From NCBI GenBank assembly GCA_010093605.1, contig MU004182.1, positions 1,149,032 through 1,213,031 of the forward strand: a stretch of 64,000 bases of DNA, given 5' to 3'. The stretch comes from Lophium mytilinum. Its lineage: Eukaryota. Below, one piece after another: positions 1 through 12,341 of this stretch (the stretch's first letter is position 1; each line of letters opens with the position of its first letter). A model generated the notes under the pieces. That model ran no database searches, was not told the DNA's origin, and saw only the letters and a list, made by a program, of their open reading frames with translations. The position numbers and the translations under genes were made by a program.

Positions 1-1480
1 AGTAGCGGACCACGCTCCAGAGCGACTCGAGCGCGATGCGGGTGGAGATGAGCAAGGGGCGGAAGTAGCGGTCCATGACGGCGGCGAACAGGACGAGGGC
101 GACGCTGACCCAGGGCGCCCAGGCGCCGACGGCGTCGTGGTGCTCGCTTACGGGGTACATGCCGAGGAGGATCTCGTTGGAGACGACGGTGGTGACGAAG
201 ATTGCGGGGGAGAGGATGGCGCCGGCGATGGAGCCTAGGTAGATGCCAGCGGCGATGTATTTGGCGATGTGGTGCCGGAGGCTGCGCAGGCCGGTGGGTG
301 GTGATGGTTTGGGTGATGTGAGGTGGAACTTGTCGAGGAGCTTTTCTTGTCGGCTGCCTTCGAAGAGGACTTGGATCCATTGGCGACGGCCGGAGCTGAG
401 TACCTTGAAGAAGGCGTTGCGGACGGCGGCGGGACTGGAAAAGCTCGAAATTATACCGAAGATGCCGTAGAGAACTATGAAGATTAAGACTATCCAACTG
501 AAAGTCCAGAGCGACCAGACGCGGTCACTGCTACCGATTTGCCAGCTGATTTTACGCCCAATCCGTGCGACCATGTTGGAGCCAGACCTCATGGGAGATG
601 TTGGGGATAAGGTCGTGCAAAAATCGACACAATTACATTTCTTGAAAAGGGCATAGGTAAAGTCGTTTTCAAAACCCCAATCCGGACCAAAATTGCACTC
701 AGAATTCGAAGTCCTTGGACAGGCTGCGAATGACTGAAGTTCATCGAGATCGAACCTTTCGCCCCAGCCGTACATATAGATCCAGGCTGGTACGAGGCCT
801 ACAAAGATCAAGATGCCCCACCAGATGATGATAGCTTGTGCTCTGTGTCTACGTATTGTTGTTGACCAGTTGCTGTAGGTTTATTAGCTCGGCTCGTTGG
901 ACTCCCTGAGTGTCGTTGCATACAGAATAGGTGCTAGCATGATACCAGCTGCTGCCAGGATTGGGAAGATTCCAAGCAAATCTACATCGCCGTATTCCTT
1001 AGCCGAGTCAGCATCGCCTGGGCCAACGTTGAAGCGGTATTGAGCCAGCAATGCGAAAACGTGGATCACGGCGGTCGCCGAATAGGTCATTGTTGTGGCC
1101 AGAGCGGCCGTCGAGAGGAGAGTGTGTCGACGAAAAACAAGAGACAGAATTAGGAGCAGGTAGAAGAGAGCCCGAGGTAAAACATCGTACTGGCTAGATA
1201 TCGGATAGACACAAACTACGGGTATGCGGAAGGTCTCGTTGGAAAGCACGAAATCAGCCAGCTGGAACGCGGCCGTTACCCATTGATCAGCCGCACCAAA
1301 AGTGAGAGAAGCCACGTCATTCGGAAGGATTGTTAGATTGACGTTGTGGTGGTCCCCGGTTTTGGGATATGTGTATATGTTGACGTCCGCGTCGAAGCTC
1401 TGCTTGTATAAGGACCCATTCACCCAGCCAGTCGAACCAAGATATGTCCTGTTTGCAGCGACAAACGTCGAGTTTGGCAT
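1..1480 (-). CDS. Uncharacterised multi-pass membrane protein; 3' end runs off the window
   Basis: ORF 884..1480 has several hydrophobic segments (PVVCVYPISSQYDVLPRALFYLLL...). A predicted intron at 873..923 (GTATGC...CTAAT...TACAG) joins to NWSTTIRRHRAQAIIIWW, which continues towards position 1. Confidence 0.75.
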
Positions 1481-2165
1481 GACCCTCGGCTGACCGGCGG
1501 CCGAATACTGCGGCTATATGTCGTATTTGATGGTGGAAGGGCGAGGGGGCCTGGATTTGGACATTTCGGGCGACGGAAGGAGAGATAGGAAGGAAGCGAA
1601 AGGCATCACGAAATGAAAAGCACGAACCATGACAGCCCTCAGCCCTTTGTAAGAGAGTGGTGACTCCTAACGTAACGGGTGCGCTAGCGTGCCAGAAACT
1701 CGGTGAAAACCTCGTAAAGCGTCGCGTCGTATTCTAAGCTCCTTCCCAGAACATATCTGGCGCAACGGCACATGGTTCGTGCTAACTCCTGAGAAACTTA
1801 AACCTCACCCGCACGATGTGAGAGGCTGCAAATGCTACAAGGAAGGGGCTACATTAGTGTGTTTTCTGGTGTGGTTAGTACTGACAATTGGGTGTCGTCT
1901 GTTGTCATGGCGGACCAAAGTTTGAGTGTAAGAAGATTAGGTACCAGCAAAAGGAATATGGTGGCACACCATGTGATCGAGGGTCCAATCCATACTTTTC
2001 TCATCCCCACCACACCGATATCGCATCACAACTACTGCAGCCTAGCCTTAAACAATAATTCAGTTGGTATTGTATTTGGTACCTTTTCCCATGGCACTCC
2101 AAACGCCGCATCAGCCTTAACACTGTTCTAAAACTCCAAAGCCGATTCCGTGCAGTCCCGCCCAT

Positions 2166-2753
2166 TTACTCCTTATGATCGTGGATAAAGTTGTTCAATG
2201 CCGTCAACGCTTCGATGACCTCGTCCTTATTCACCTCAATGCCGTCACCGCCCTCCTCTCCTACTCGCGCGAACCCCTCCGCTCGACGCGAGTTGCGCCA
2301 CGTCTTTAACACGCGCCATTTGTTTTTGTTGGTGGTGGACTGTGAGGACTGCGTCCAGGAGGACGTAGGGACTTCGTCGTCTTCTTTCAGAGCGCGTAGC
2401 CATTCGACGACACCGAGGAAGATCCTATGTCTGTTAGGACGCTGAACGAGGAGATATGGGGTCTGTTGTCCATACTTCTTAATGATGTCCTCAGGATGAC
2501 CCCAGGATTGCGCGGCCTCTCTGAAGCTCGTCCCTTGGCCAGCAATGTCCAGGAAAATAAACAGACACTCCTCGATACTGATATCCTCGGCAGCGCTCAC
2601 GGGGGTCTTGTGCTCCATACACCAGTCAGCGAGCTGAACAAAGGTGATCTGATCCATGCGAGAGAAGTCGTAGAAGCGATTGGGCACGCCATTGAGCAGC
2701 GACAGCGAGCGGGACCTGCCGACTGGAATCGGCGACGCGGTTGGGCACTCCAT
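2166..2753 (-). CDS. PIF/Harbinger-transposase-derived protein: N-terminal HTH-like region and C-terminal motif kept, DDE core absent
   Basis: RFYDFSRMDQITFVQLADW...ISIEECLFIFLDIAGQGTSFREAAQSWGH resembles the Harbinger transposase N-terminus. KNKWRVLK and ALTALNNFIH resemble the C-terminal KxR(W/F)xIL and ALHNFI motifs. In-frame 51-nt intron at 2425..2475 (GTATGG...CTAAC...ATAG). Confidence 0.65.
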   Translation of the reverse strand: MECPTASPIPVGRSRSLSLLNGVPNRFYDFSRMDQITFVQLADWCMEHKTPVSAAEDISIEECLFIFLDIAGQGTSFREAAQSWGHPEDIIKKYGQQTPYLLVQRPNRHRIFLGVVEWLRALKEDDEVPTSSWTQSSQSTTNKNKWRVLKTWRNSRRAEGFARVGEEGGDGIEVNKDEVIEALTALNNFIHDHKE

Positions 2754-3630
2754 TCCTCCAGCAGTGGGCAGCTCAGAAGAGGCACGTAGACAGGTCGTGA
2801 GACTTATGGGCGCGCCATCTCACACCAAAAACACCTCCCCAAATCGGACGCACGCCAGCGGGGCCGGTTGCTTCTCACATGTGAAGCCTGCAGGGTCCTG
2901 AATGACATCAGCGGAGCCAGCCACTCTCCACCCCGCTCAGACACCCAGCGACTGGCACCACCTCAGCTTTCAGCTTGCTGCTTTTAAACTAGAGAGACAT
3001 CCTGACACGCTGGCCCGGCCCACTCGGCGCAGGCCCGCTGCATGCGGCACCCCTCAGGTCCGCCTGATGGTTGGTGGATGGCCGCCCTGCGATCGTCAGA
3101 TTACCGACAACCTCCCGATCGTCATGGTCATCCCACGCTCGACTTCACCGCCATACGTTCGTTTAGTTGACTACATCTCGGGGACTCCCGGCCCTAGAAT
3201 ATGATTGTGATCATCTCTGCGTCTGAGATGCAAGTTTCGGGTAGGTGAGGGGCTTGTACCACCTACCACAGTCGCAGGTGGGGAAACAGGAGGTGAGATT
3301 AGGCAGGTCGACGACATTGTGCAATTAGGGCGCAATATTGTTCTGGTAGTGAGCACTGTTTTCGAAAGGCTGTATGCGAACTCGCTATATTCACGTCTTT
3401 TGCCGATATTTGCCAGCTGAAGTACAGTCGTCCCATATCGTAGACTTGTATGTACAATAAAATTACATTCGTTGATTCGTAACCTATTAGTAAGATGGGA
3501 GTGTTAAAGACCAAGTTTATGCTACCCCTAATTTTGGCAGATTGTTAGGATCCCATCTCCGCGCTAGACCCCCTCTTGAATTGCACCTTGTCCTTGAACC
3601 AGTACACCGATTTTGCTCAGTTATGAAATG

Positions 3631-4896
3631 TCACACCAACCCCATCACCGGCACCTGCGAGTCCATCGCTGCCTCCCCTCGACAAGCCACAAGCAACATC
3701 CTCTCAAACACCCCCAGCTCGCCCTGGTTCTCCGGATCGAAAGCTCTCGCATACTGCCCATAAGTTGCCATACCTTTAGCAGCCCGCGTGCTCAACTCAG
3801 CCGCCCAGTCGCCGTCCTCAAGCTCCCATAGCTGCGGATCGACGGTGAAAGGCAGCCGATTAAGTGTCGGGCATTGGTTGCATACACCACCGTTGTTCAC
3901 GCACCACCAAGCGCCGCGGAGGAAGACGGACATCAAGACCGTCCGGCGGAGCGACTCGTAGAAGATCCACGACTGGTGCTCGCTCGGGAAGCTCATCGGC
4001 TCGGCGAAGGAACGGCGCCAGAGCTCAGCTGTCCACTTCTCCAGGACTGCGTTGTGCTTTTCAGCGACGTGGCGCTGGTCCAGCTCGCCGTCGAAGAGGC
4101 GGATGATTTGGTAGATCATGAGGGCTTGGACGGCGGCGAGGTGGTCTGGTAGGTTCCAGAACGAGGAGGACGATATTAGAGCTGAGATCTTGGCGCTGAT
4201 GGATTTGGAGATCGTGTTCTTGTTCCGTGGAGTCTTGAGGATGTAAAGGGCGGAGAGGGCGCAAGCGTCTTGGTATGCTACAGGCTCCCACTTTTCGTAG
4301 AGAGTTGGATGAATGAAGGGGGTGCTGCCCGCATATGCGAAGCTGCGGACATAGGTAGAGAGTTGCTCGATGACAAAATTGATTTGTAGATTGTTTAGTG
4401 AGCAAGGCTCCCAGATCTGTGGGGCTGGTGAGGGGAGGGTTGGTGTTTGATAGTGGCCCCAAGATGGACTCTGTGACTGCGAACCGTGCCGCGGAGACGG
4501 ATAAACGCTAGTTTCAGAGAATGAACGTTCAGCCCTAGAGAATGAGGATTCGACGCCCTCAACTGAGGGCCAACCGGGCTCAGGTGGCGTCCAAACTGAT
4601 TCGGAATCTGACGGTGTTATAAGGCGGCGTCTTCGGTCGGTTATTTCTGGAGATGTCTGGCGGACCACAACCTCTGCCTGACTTAATGCATCGCTAGCAT
4701 TTGCTCCGCGCTAAATAGTGTTAGCTACCTGTGGACGAGACCCTACTAGGTTGCATCGGTCAAGACTTGCATATTTACAAACTAGGCCTTTCGTGAAGCA
4801 TCGATTACAACATGGATACCCTAAATCGCAACGTCTTTTTGCTTTGACGCAGGCACCGCATGACTTTCGCCTTGTGGCCGATATGTAGCTGAGCAT
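3631..4896 (-). CDS. Zn(II)2Cys6 fungal transcription factor
   Basis: CGACVKAKRRCDLGYPCCNRCFTKGLVC binuclear cluster in exon 1. A predicted GC-AG intron at 4711..4770 joins in frame to the long ORF (TPFIHP, LAAVQALMIYQIIRLFDG, WIFYESLRRT). Confidence 0.9.
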
Positions 4897-5126
4897 GACT
4901 ATTCGGATAAGACCTCTTTCAAAGCTTTCGACCCGACGAGGATTGCGCTATTTCCTTTAATTCCGAGGTGGAGATGAACTAGAATAGAGGGTGGGGTAGC
5001 CTTCGACTCCAGGGTCTATCTATGTGGGAACGAGGTGCATGAACTTAAACAAGGTTAAAGCAGTCTGCTGGATGGGGTCGTCTTGCTGGATAGAGCGTGT
5101 GGAGTTTCGTGATGTGCTGACGGGGA

Positions 5127-5245
5127 GTTGAGAGTTATTTAGGGCGCATGAGTCGTGGTTTGAGACCAACCACATGCAGGCTAGCTAGCCTCGGAGTCAC
5201 ACAAAGTGGCAGAACACGAGTCCATGCGCTTACATGCAGTTCAAC
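5127..5245. repeat. Degenerate palindrome (foldback) with a perfect central palindrome
   Basis: GCGCATGAGTCGTGGTTTG (5144-5162) pairs with CAGAACACGAGTCCATGCGC (5210-5229). Perfect AGGCTAGCTAGCCT at the centre (5178-5191). Outer GTTGA/TCAAC match. Confidence 0.65.
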
Positions 5246-6049
5246 AGGTAGGAAGTTTCCATCCCGGTGTATTCCGGCGCTGTTTAGAGTTATTTCCAGA
5301 TTTTGCATTTGACCAGCTTGAACTACTGAGGTCATCCAGACGGCGGGCTGGTAAAATGCACTGCCACTTTCGTTTCAGGCCACACTACCTACGGAGTCCT
5401 TCCGGGAGCACTCCCTATTCGGCATAGTCATACTTCTTTATGTACGAGCTACAGGTCTCCATGCCGCCCAGTCAAACAATGTGCATCGAATTGGGACAAT
5501 CTCCCTCAGACAAAGTGCCATCGACGACCATTACCCGTTTAGCACACCTCCCATCTCTCTCAAGTGGGGACCAAAACTTGCATTTCGACCTACGACGATA
5601 GCATGGACATACTTTTGTTAGCGGGAGATGATGTTCAACACCTCTTTAGAATCCCATCGGCATTATGCTAAGTCCCGGAGTACTTGGCCTCATTTGTAGG
5701 CGGATAGCCGTCTCAAGCCACCGAAACCCTTTATACTACGACGCATGGATTAGATCCGTGCGTTGGTATGATGCTTCCTGATAGATATCCGTACATTCGT
5801 ACACCACTGCGTGAGGGTCCTCGCAGTGTTTTCAGCATTCTGAATAGGAGAGAAGTTGGGCATATTGGATACGTAATAAACTTTCGAGGCTGCCCCAGAC
5901 AGCGTCAACAGGGTGTACGCAGATTGGAAGTGCATCCGCTGCCCCTTGTGTCTGTTAGTACTTTGAAACCCCACAGACAGTTGCAGGCAAGTGTACGGAT
6001 GTCAATGGCATGACATTGTGGTGGAAATTCTATAGGCGATATAGGTTAC

Positions 6050-6259
6050 ATGGACGAGGCGCTTCGATTATAATTGAGTAGGATTCAGGATTCTCTTGGT
6101 AAAGCGCTATGGGTCATTTAGCGCGGGAAAATCTGTTACCAAAGTGGTCTTTGCGATAATCATCTAAGGACAGCGAAGCTGAAACAGAAGCCTTCTTATG
6201 GATGCAATTAAGCGAATATCCTAGTACGCTGCCCAGCAATTATTAGGAACCTCGTTCTA
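6050..6259. repeat. Weak degenerate palindrome
   Basis: ACGAGG/CCTCGT, ATAATTG/CAATTAT and TAGGA/TCCTA anchor pairs share a centre near 6155. Confidence 0.4.
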
Positions 6260-6922
6260 CGGGGGGATTATAGCAATCTTCGCTAGGTAGGGATACATCT
6301 GTGCTTGCTGTTACAGTTGATGCGAATGAAAAAAGGCTTACTTAGGATCAAGTAGGTTGTAGAAGACAGGAAGAGAGCGATGAAGTTGTAAAGAAAGGTT
6401 ACGCGCCAACGCGAAGGGGACCCAAAAGGGATAGGCTACGTCTGTGCGACACCCCTTTAGGCCTTCAATCTCCGGCAGAGTCTGCAACTGACACCAGCGG
6501 CAGCACATTTCGTGGGGAAACGAAACAAACCCCATGTCAACTTGGCGTATTGCAAACAAGCGATGGCGTAAAAGAATCCTTCGAAGCTTTGCTCTCGTGT
6601 TTCTGGTGCTTTCATGGCGCAGTCAAGCCACAACATGCCAACCTCCATGGTTAGACCAGGACCAAGCGTGGGTGTAACCTCGCGTGCCTCGCTTTGCTAT
6701 GATCCATATGTGAATACCATCATGTATTTAGTTCACTATTGCCTCCGCCTCGATTTCTCGTCATTCCCTGCTGAGAACTCTCTCGTTTCATTCATTCAAC
6801 TGCCCACCTCACTTCAATAGCGATTCTGCGAATCGAACATCTCCTTCCTTTACATCCATATTTTACAAGAGCAATCTTCACTACATACTTTGTCTACACA
6901 TATCGTATCTCTTAGTCCCAAA

Positions 6923-7865
6923 ATGCGGTCCTCTACCACTCTCGTTTGGGCTCTCGGGGCTACTCTTGCTATGGCGAGACCCACACACAAAACGACCACC
7001 GCCACCAAAGCGACCGCGACCGTCTGGCAACCTGCTGCAGGAAGTCAGCTCCAGATGATACTTTCCAAGACAATCGACACGTCCAAATCACTTGTGCCTG
7101 ACGTCGGCATCTTCGACGTCGACTTGTTCGACACTAGCAGCACTATCATTGCCGCTCTTAAGGCCAAGAACAAGAAGGTCATCTGCTACTTCAGCGCTGG
7201 TTCTTATGAGCCCAACCGGTCCGACTCCTCGGATTTCACATCCAGTGATCTTGGCAAGGTCATGGACGGCTGGCCAGATGAGAAGTGGCTAGATATTCGG
7301 ACGGCGAATGTCAAGAGCATCATGGCAAAGCGCATTCAGCTGGCTGCTGACAAAGGTTGCGACGGCATCGACCCTGACAACGTGGACGGTTTTGTAAGTA
7401 ACCGGCATTCGCTCTCCATGGCATTTCCTCTAGATCCTCCTTCGGACATAGCTAACGATACTCGGTGTGAAGGCCAACGACAGCGGGTTCAGCCTAAAAG
7501 CCTCCGATGCAACTACGTTCGTCAAGTACCTCGCTACCACCGCTAAGTCTAAGAACCTGGCTATCGGTTTGAAGAACGCCCTCGCTATCATCCCCGACGT
7601 AGTCGACTCCATCCAGTTTGCTGTCAACGAGCAATGCCATGAATACGACGAATGCGACGTCTATTCCGATCTGACCAACCAGGGCAAGCCTGTGTTCAAT
7701 GTCGAATATCCGGACTCCGCACCAAAAGTCAGCACGAGCGATCGCACGAAGTTTTGCGCTGCATATGATGGTGTTACGCTATCTACTACACTGAAGACGC
7801 TAGACCTTGATGGTTGGGTCGAGTTTTGCGACGGAACTACGGCAACGACTAGCACTCTCTCGTAG
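6923..7865 (+). CDS. Secreted GH114 endo-alpha-1,4-polygalactosaminidase (Ega3-like)
   Basis: Signal peptide; motifs FDVDLFD, KVICYFSAGS, WPDEKWLD, GCDGIDPDNVD, GLKNA, AVNEQC, KPVFNVEY. Intron 7394..7472. Confidence 0.92.
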
Positions 7866-8047
7866 ATATGAGTGACTCTAGTGCAAGGCTGAATATCAAC
7901 AAGGTGGCGAAAAGGAAGCATCACTCTCTGTAAATTATGGAACTTTGGCTGCTCTGGCTGTAGTCCAACTTTCTTTCCGATTCTTGTATCATATCTTCAA
8001 TCAAAAGATGCTCCAACGGCTGGCGGCCGATTCCCAGAATCATCGTT

Positions 8048-9924
8048 TCAAAGTCGCAGCTGCGCAATAACGATAGCTGCGAATAGATACAAAGACTGTT
8101 AAATCAGTCAGCTTAGCACGACTCGAGTAAAATAAGGTAAGGGAATACCCACTGCAGATACAAAATAGGGAAGTCCTAGTCCGGCACCACCGATCTTGAT
8201 AGCCTGAACCCACAGCACAGTCATCAACGGCGCACCAACAAGCGCACCAAGCGACTTAGTCAGCATGACAAGACTGAAGTCCTGCGCATGCGTAGTCTCG
8301 TCTTGGAGCGCGATAAGCGGCGACTTTACCAGGGAGTATAAGAATACGGAGTTGGCCGAGCCAACGGCATAGATCATGAGAGCTTTATCAAGCGTCAGCA
8401 AGATCATACGAAGTATTCAGAGGGGGTTTAACGAATTTCCTTACAAGCCAAGAGCATCCAAATTTTGAATGACATCGCAATGCATAGCACTCCGAGAATA
8501 GAAACGAGAATACTGCACTTTACGCCGAGGAAGTTTAGTCGGTTTTCGGAGCCATGAATGGTCTTGCTCGCCATCGATGTCCGGATAACGCGAGGGACGA
8601 CGATGGTAAGGAGGAGGATGTTAATGGCAGCTTTGGCGGAGAGGAGGTAGCCAGCCTAAGAAGAGGAATAAACAGTTCAGTATCATGCAGATGCTAGATG
8701 ATGGGCCATCATACCTCTGCGAATCTCCACTCGTATCGTGCCGAGATGTACTGAACGAGAAGTCTCGTGTCTGAGCTGGCTAAGTTGGTCAGGAAATAGG
8801 ATGCTAGTATGATCTGAAAGTTACGCCGGCCGACGACTAGTCTTGCAAGCGTCTTCAATGTGTGTAAGATGCGGGTTAAGAATGACTTGGGGGTGTCGAA
8901 TGCGCTTGAAAAGTTGTCTGGGCCCGTTGGTCTGTCTCCTAGGAGAGGGCCAGTCTCTGCGTCGTTTGCGTCGACGACAAGAAGGGGTTTAACGGGAATC
9001 TGTGTTTTTTCCGGGAGGAAGTAGATCGTTATACTCGCCAACAGTAGTAGAGCAATCGCAACCCAGAAGGGCAGCCAAAGACTCTGGCTCATGGTGATGG
9101 AAGCTAACGATGGGCCGACAAATGAAACTACGTAGGTTGCGGAGCCTGTTGTTGGGAGGTGTTAGTGTATATAACACGTTCATAGGGACATGCTCGCACC
9201 TATGTATGAAAAGTAGGAAGCGCTTTCGATTCATCATTAGCACAAGCGCTGAGATATTCCAAAAGAGAGGGGTAGGATACCTTTGGACGTATTCTCTAGT
9301 CAAGGTTGCTGTAAGCGCATATATAGTAGATGACAAAACGCATTCATGACCAAGGATGCTTAGGAATGGACCCGCAATAATGGCTTTTGTCGGGAATATG
9401 TGATCAAAATTGCCTAGAAAACGCTCAACTTCTCTGTAACATAACCATCACCCGGATTGACACATACCTACGACCAGAACCCAAGAACACATGAACAGTC
9501 GAGTGGCCATGTTGAGCCACAGCACGAGTCGAACGCCGAACTTCTCCGCTAGGAAGCTGAACGGAATCGTTACAATGAAGTCCAAGGTAATCGTAGTTGC
9601 TTCCATAATACCTTGCAGCCATGCAAGCTTCTGCTGTACTTCATCAATCTTGCATAGCTTCTCTGGTACCGAGCTACCGGGTCCAAATTTGCTTGGATCA
9701 TGTTGCTTGTAATGGTCTTGACATAAACGCATTTCAATGACGCGGTTCAGTGGGAGATCATAAAGCCGATTAGCCATATGCGTGAAGACTAAAAGAAGCA
9801 ACAGGGTCCATATCGCTCGTTGAGAAGTTCGTCCGGATTTGAGCAGATCTTCCTGTGCTCCTGAGCTTTCTAGTGATCTGTCTAGGAGCCCATCATGCTC
9901 TTCAGCACCCTCACTTGGTACCAT
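8048..9924 (-). CDS. MFS transporter (multi-exon)
   Basis: Hydrophobic exons (RVIEMRLCQDHY...CKIDEVQQKLAWLQG, LWLPFWVAIALL, LLVQYISARYEW, GLPYFVSA) separated by canonical introns. Last exon SLYLFAAIVIAQLRL*. Confidence 0.85.
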
Positions 9925-9989
9925 GATTAGGACAAGATATGTCCGAAGCAGATGCCCGGAGAAGGATTGACGTGCTATTAGTGTCTTCG

Positions 9990-10394
9990 ACTTATGATTT
10001 GCGTCGAGACTCTCTTAGGGGGCAAATATGTCAATGGTAGCGAGTGCACTCGAAATGAGAAGGACGCGTCCAGAAGGGGGAGATGAATGTCTTGAAGCAT
10101 GCTGTACTTATCAAGGTTATGATTGCTAGCAAAGGGCATCTAAAACGTCAAGGATTATACCACTTGGGCATTTAAAACTCCTGGCAAAGCTATCTAAGAG
10201 TTAGCAAGAATCATTCTTACAGCAATGCGGGTTGCTATTGGTATCAGATCCAACAATGATTGAGACTTGAGTTCCCATTGCTATGGCATCGTCAAGGAAA
10301 GGGCCCGTAACTCTCTCTCAGGATACTCGTAAGCTGTGACAGTGTTTCAGCCTTGCCGCCACAAGGCACTCAGCATGCCTCCCCAATACCTTCT
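9990..10394. repeat. Degenerate repeat copy A; internally palindromic; direct-orientation homolog at 12342..12800
   Basis: Collinear blocks shared with copy A': AGAAGGACGCGTCCAG, AGGGCATCTAA, ACTTGGGCAT.TAAAACTC, ACTCTCTCT, TTCAGCCTT, GCACTCA.CATGCCTCC. Internal inverted pairs GAAGCATGCTG/CAGCATGCCTC and AGCAATG/CATTGCT. Confidence 0.75.
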
Positions 10395-10700
10395 ATTTAA
10401 TATGTTATTTAAACACGCTATAACTAATTTTGATTAGGTTCAAAACGGTTCGGTCACCTTCACCGGGTTTAGACGTGCGGTATTGAATTGCTTAAGAGAT
10501 ACAGAGTCTGCATCGTACGTCCCGCCTCCTCCGCAAATCATCCTCTGTACCACGGAGACTTCTTATAGACGTCCAATTTAGCAGATCACAGTCATTGACA
10601 GCAACAAGCGCCAAGCCGGTATTGTCTGAGCAGCTTTCACCGCTCTTGATTTACGGGATTGGGTCACACTGAAAATAGACGGTTTTCCCACAGTGCGCTT

Positions 10701-12146
10701 CTATTCCGAGAACCAAGGATGTTTAAGTAGATCCACCGCTGAAGGCCGCTTCGCCGGGTCATATTGCAAAATCTGCCTCACTAGGGAGCACACGACTGCC
10801 GTCTCCTCATCACCAATTTCGTCCGGCTTATTCTTGGCAAACAGCACTTCAAGAGAATCATGTATGTGAGGAGGTTCTCCCTCCCCGTATGGCGCTAGGG
10901 GCTCGTGGTTTGGCCCATACCATATGCTAGCGCGCGGCCAAGCGGCCATGATAGAGTCGGGCAGTGGCTGAATAATGTCGTTAAGCTGGGTAAGATGGTC
11001 ATCGTCTGCATCATCTTGCTCTTCCTGCTCTTTCGAAAGCATCATAACCGCGAATAGTGACCTACCCGTTAGAAACTCAAACACCAGGCATCCAAAGCTC
11101 CAAATGTCGATGCCGGAACCAAATGGCTGGTGTAGAATCAACTCTGGAGCGCGGAGGCCGATAGGCGTCACCGTGTCGCTTGGCGGGTCAGCTAACCAGA
11201 AAGCTGTGGGCATGCCGTTAGAATACGATCTTTTCATGTTTCGTAGTATCAAGAGCAATTTACCTGCACCTAGATCCGAGAGCTTCACGTGAAGATTTGG
11301 GCCGCTTTCCACGTGATCGTAGAGCGGCTGTTTGAGATAGAGAATCTTCGGTGCCCATCTGTCGTCCTTCTCATCGATCCTGTGTACGGGTATCGCGGTG
11401 CTGGCCTCGTCCTGCTTGAGCTCACCTTCTTCTAGAGACTTGATGTCTTTTATAGAGAAGAGTAGATTGCCTGGTTGGACGTCACCGTGTACCACGCTAA
11501 TTTCATGCAGGAAGGCAAGGCCGCGCAGTGCATGGAGAAGTATCTGTTTAGCCATCCATTTAGGATACCTCTGCCGCTTTCCCTTCATGGCTGGTTTATT
11601 CTCCGGCAGTTCTTCCACTAGTGAGGCAGCGGTTGCGCCCATAGGCTCGAACACCAAGCACTGATGCTTGCCGTTAGGGCCTTGATGCTGAAAGATGTCC
11701 AGCAGCACGGTGACGTGTTGGGCGTTGGGGTGGGCGGGAGCCGCTTTCTCGAGATGGTCGAGAATCTTAAGCTCCGTATCCGTTGTGGAGGCTTTAGCAA
11801 CCATTATCTTAAGAGCGACATACCGCGGTGTGCTATGGTGGCGGTCCTTGTCAACGATAGGACGCGAAATACAAGCAGAACAAAAGAAAAAAGAGAATTA
11901 AGGATAGGGAGAAGAATAAACGTACCTCGTGCTAACGGCTAGCCATACAGTCGAGAATGAACCGTCTCCGAGCTTCCTGATTACCCTATACTTGCCGGCA
12001 CAGAAGGAATCTCCAAGAGAAACCGGGTGAAAGCCCCCAGGCCGATAGAGCTCTACCCACTCGCAACAGGCACTCGTTTTCTTGAATCTCCAAGACTGGC
12101 GACCTGGAGGGAGCTCGACCGGGGGGGTCACGGGAGGAGAGGGCAT
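10701..12146 (-). CDS. SRPK/Sky1-like Ser/Thr protein kinase (fungal expanded clade)
   Basis: ELYRPGGFHPV, KLGDGSFSTVWLA, GPNGKHQCLVFEPMG, HGDVQPGN, LSDLG, LRAPE, DIWSFGC, LLKHPWF. Two canonical introns. Confidence 0.9.
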
Positions 12147-12341
12147 CGCGATAGCAGTAAAAGACGCGGAAGAAGGAAGAAACCGCTGCGATCAAGTCGA
12201 AAGAGGCCAGTGACGGTTGACGTACACAGGACTACGCGGAAGAGCAATGACGGCTTATCACGCTCTTCAGCACTCTTACTCAGTACCATAAACAAGGTAT
12301 AAAGATGTCTAGAGAAGGATGGAGGTATTATTCGGGCGTTA

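Noticed and set aside
1823..2043. Further candidate palindromes here and at ~3408-3542, ~6367-6605 and ~31986-32097
   Set aside because: Only two or three short anchor pairs each; cannot be separated from chance by eye.
6923..9924. GH114 + MFS + Zn2Cys6 as a galactosaminogalactan or secondary-metabolite cluster
   Set aside because: No glycosyltransferase, epimerase, deacetylase or backbone synthase in the window.
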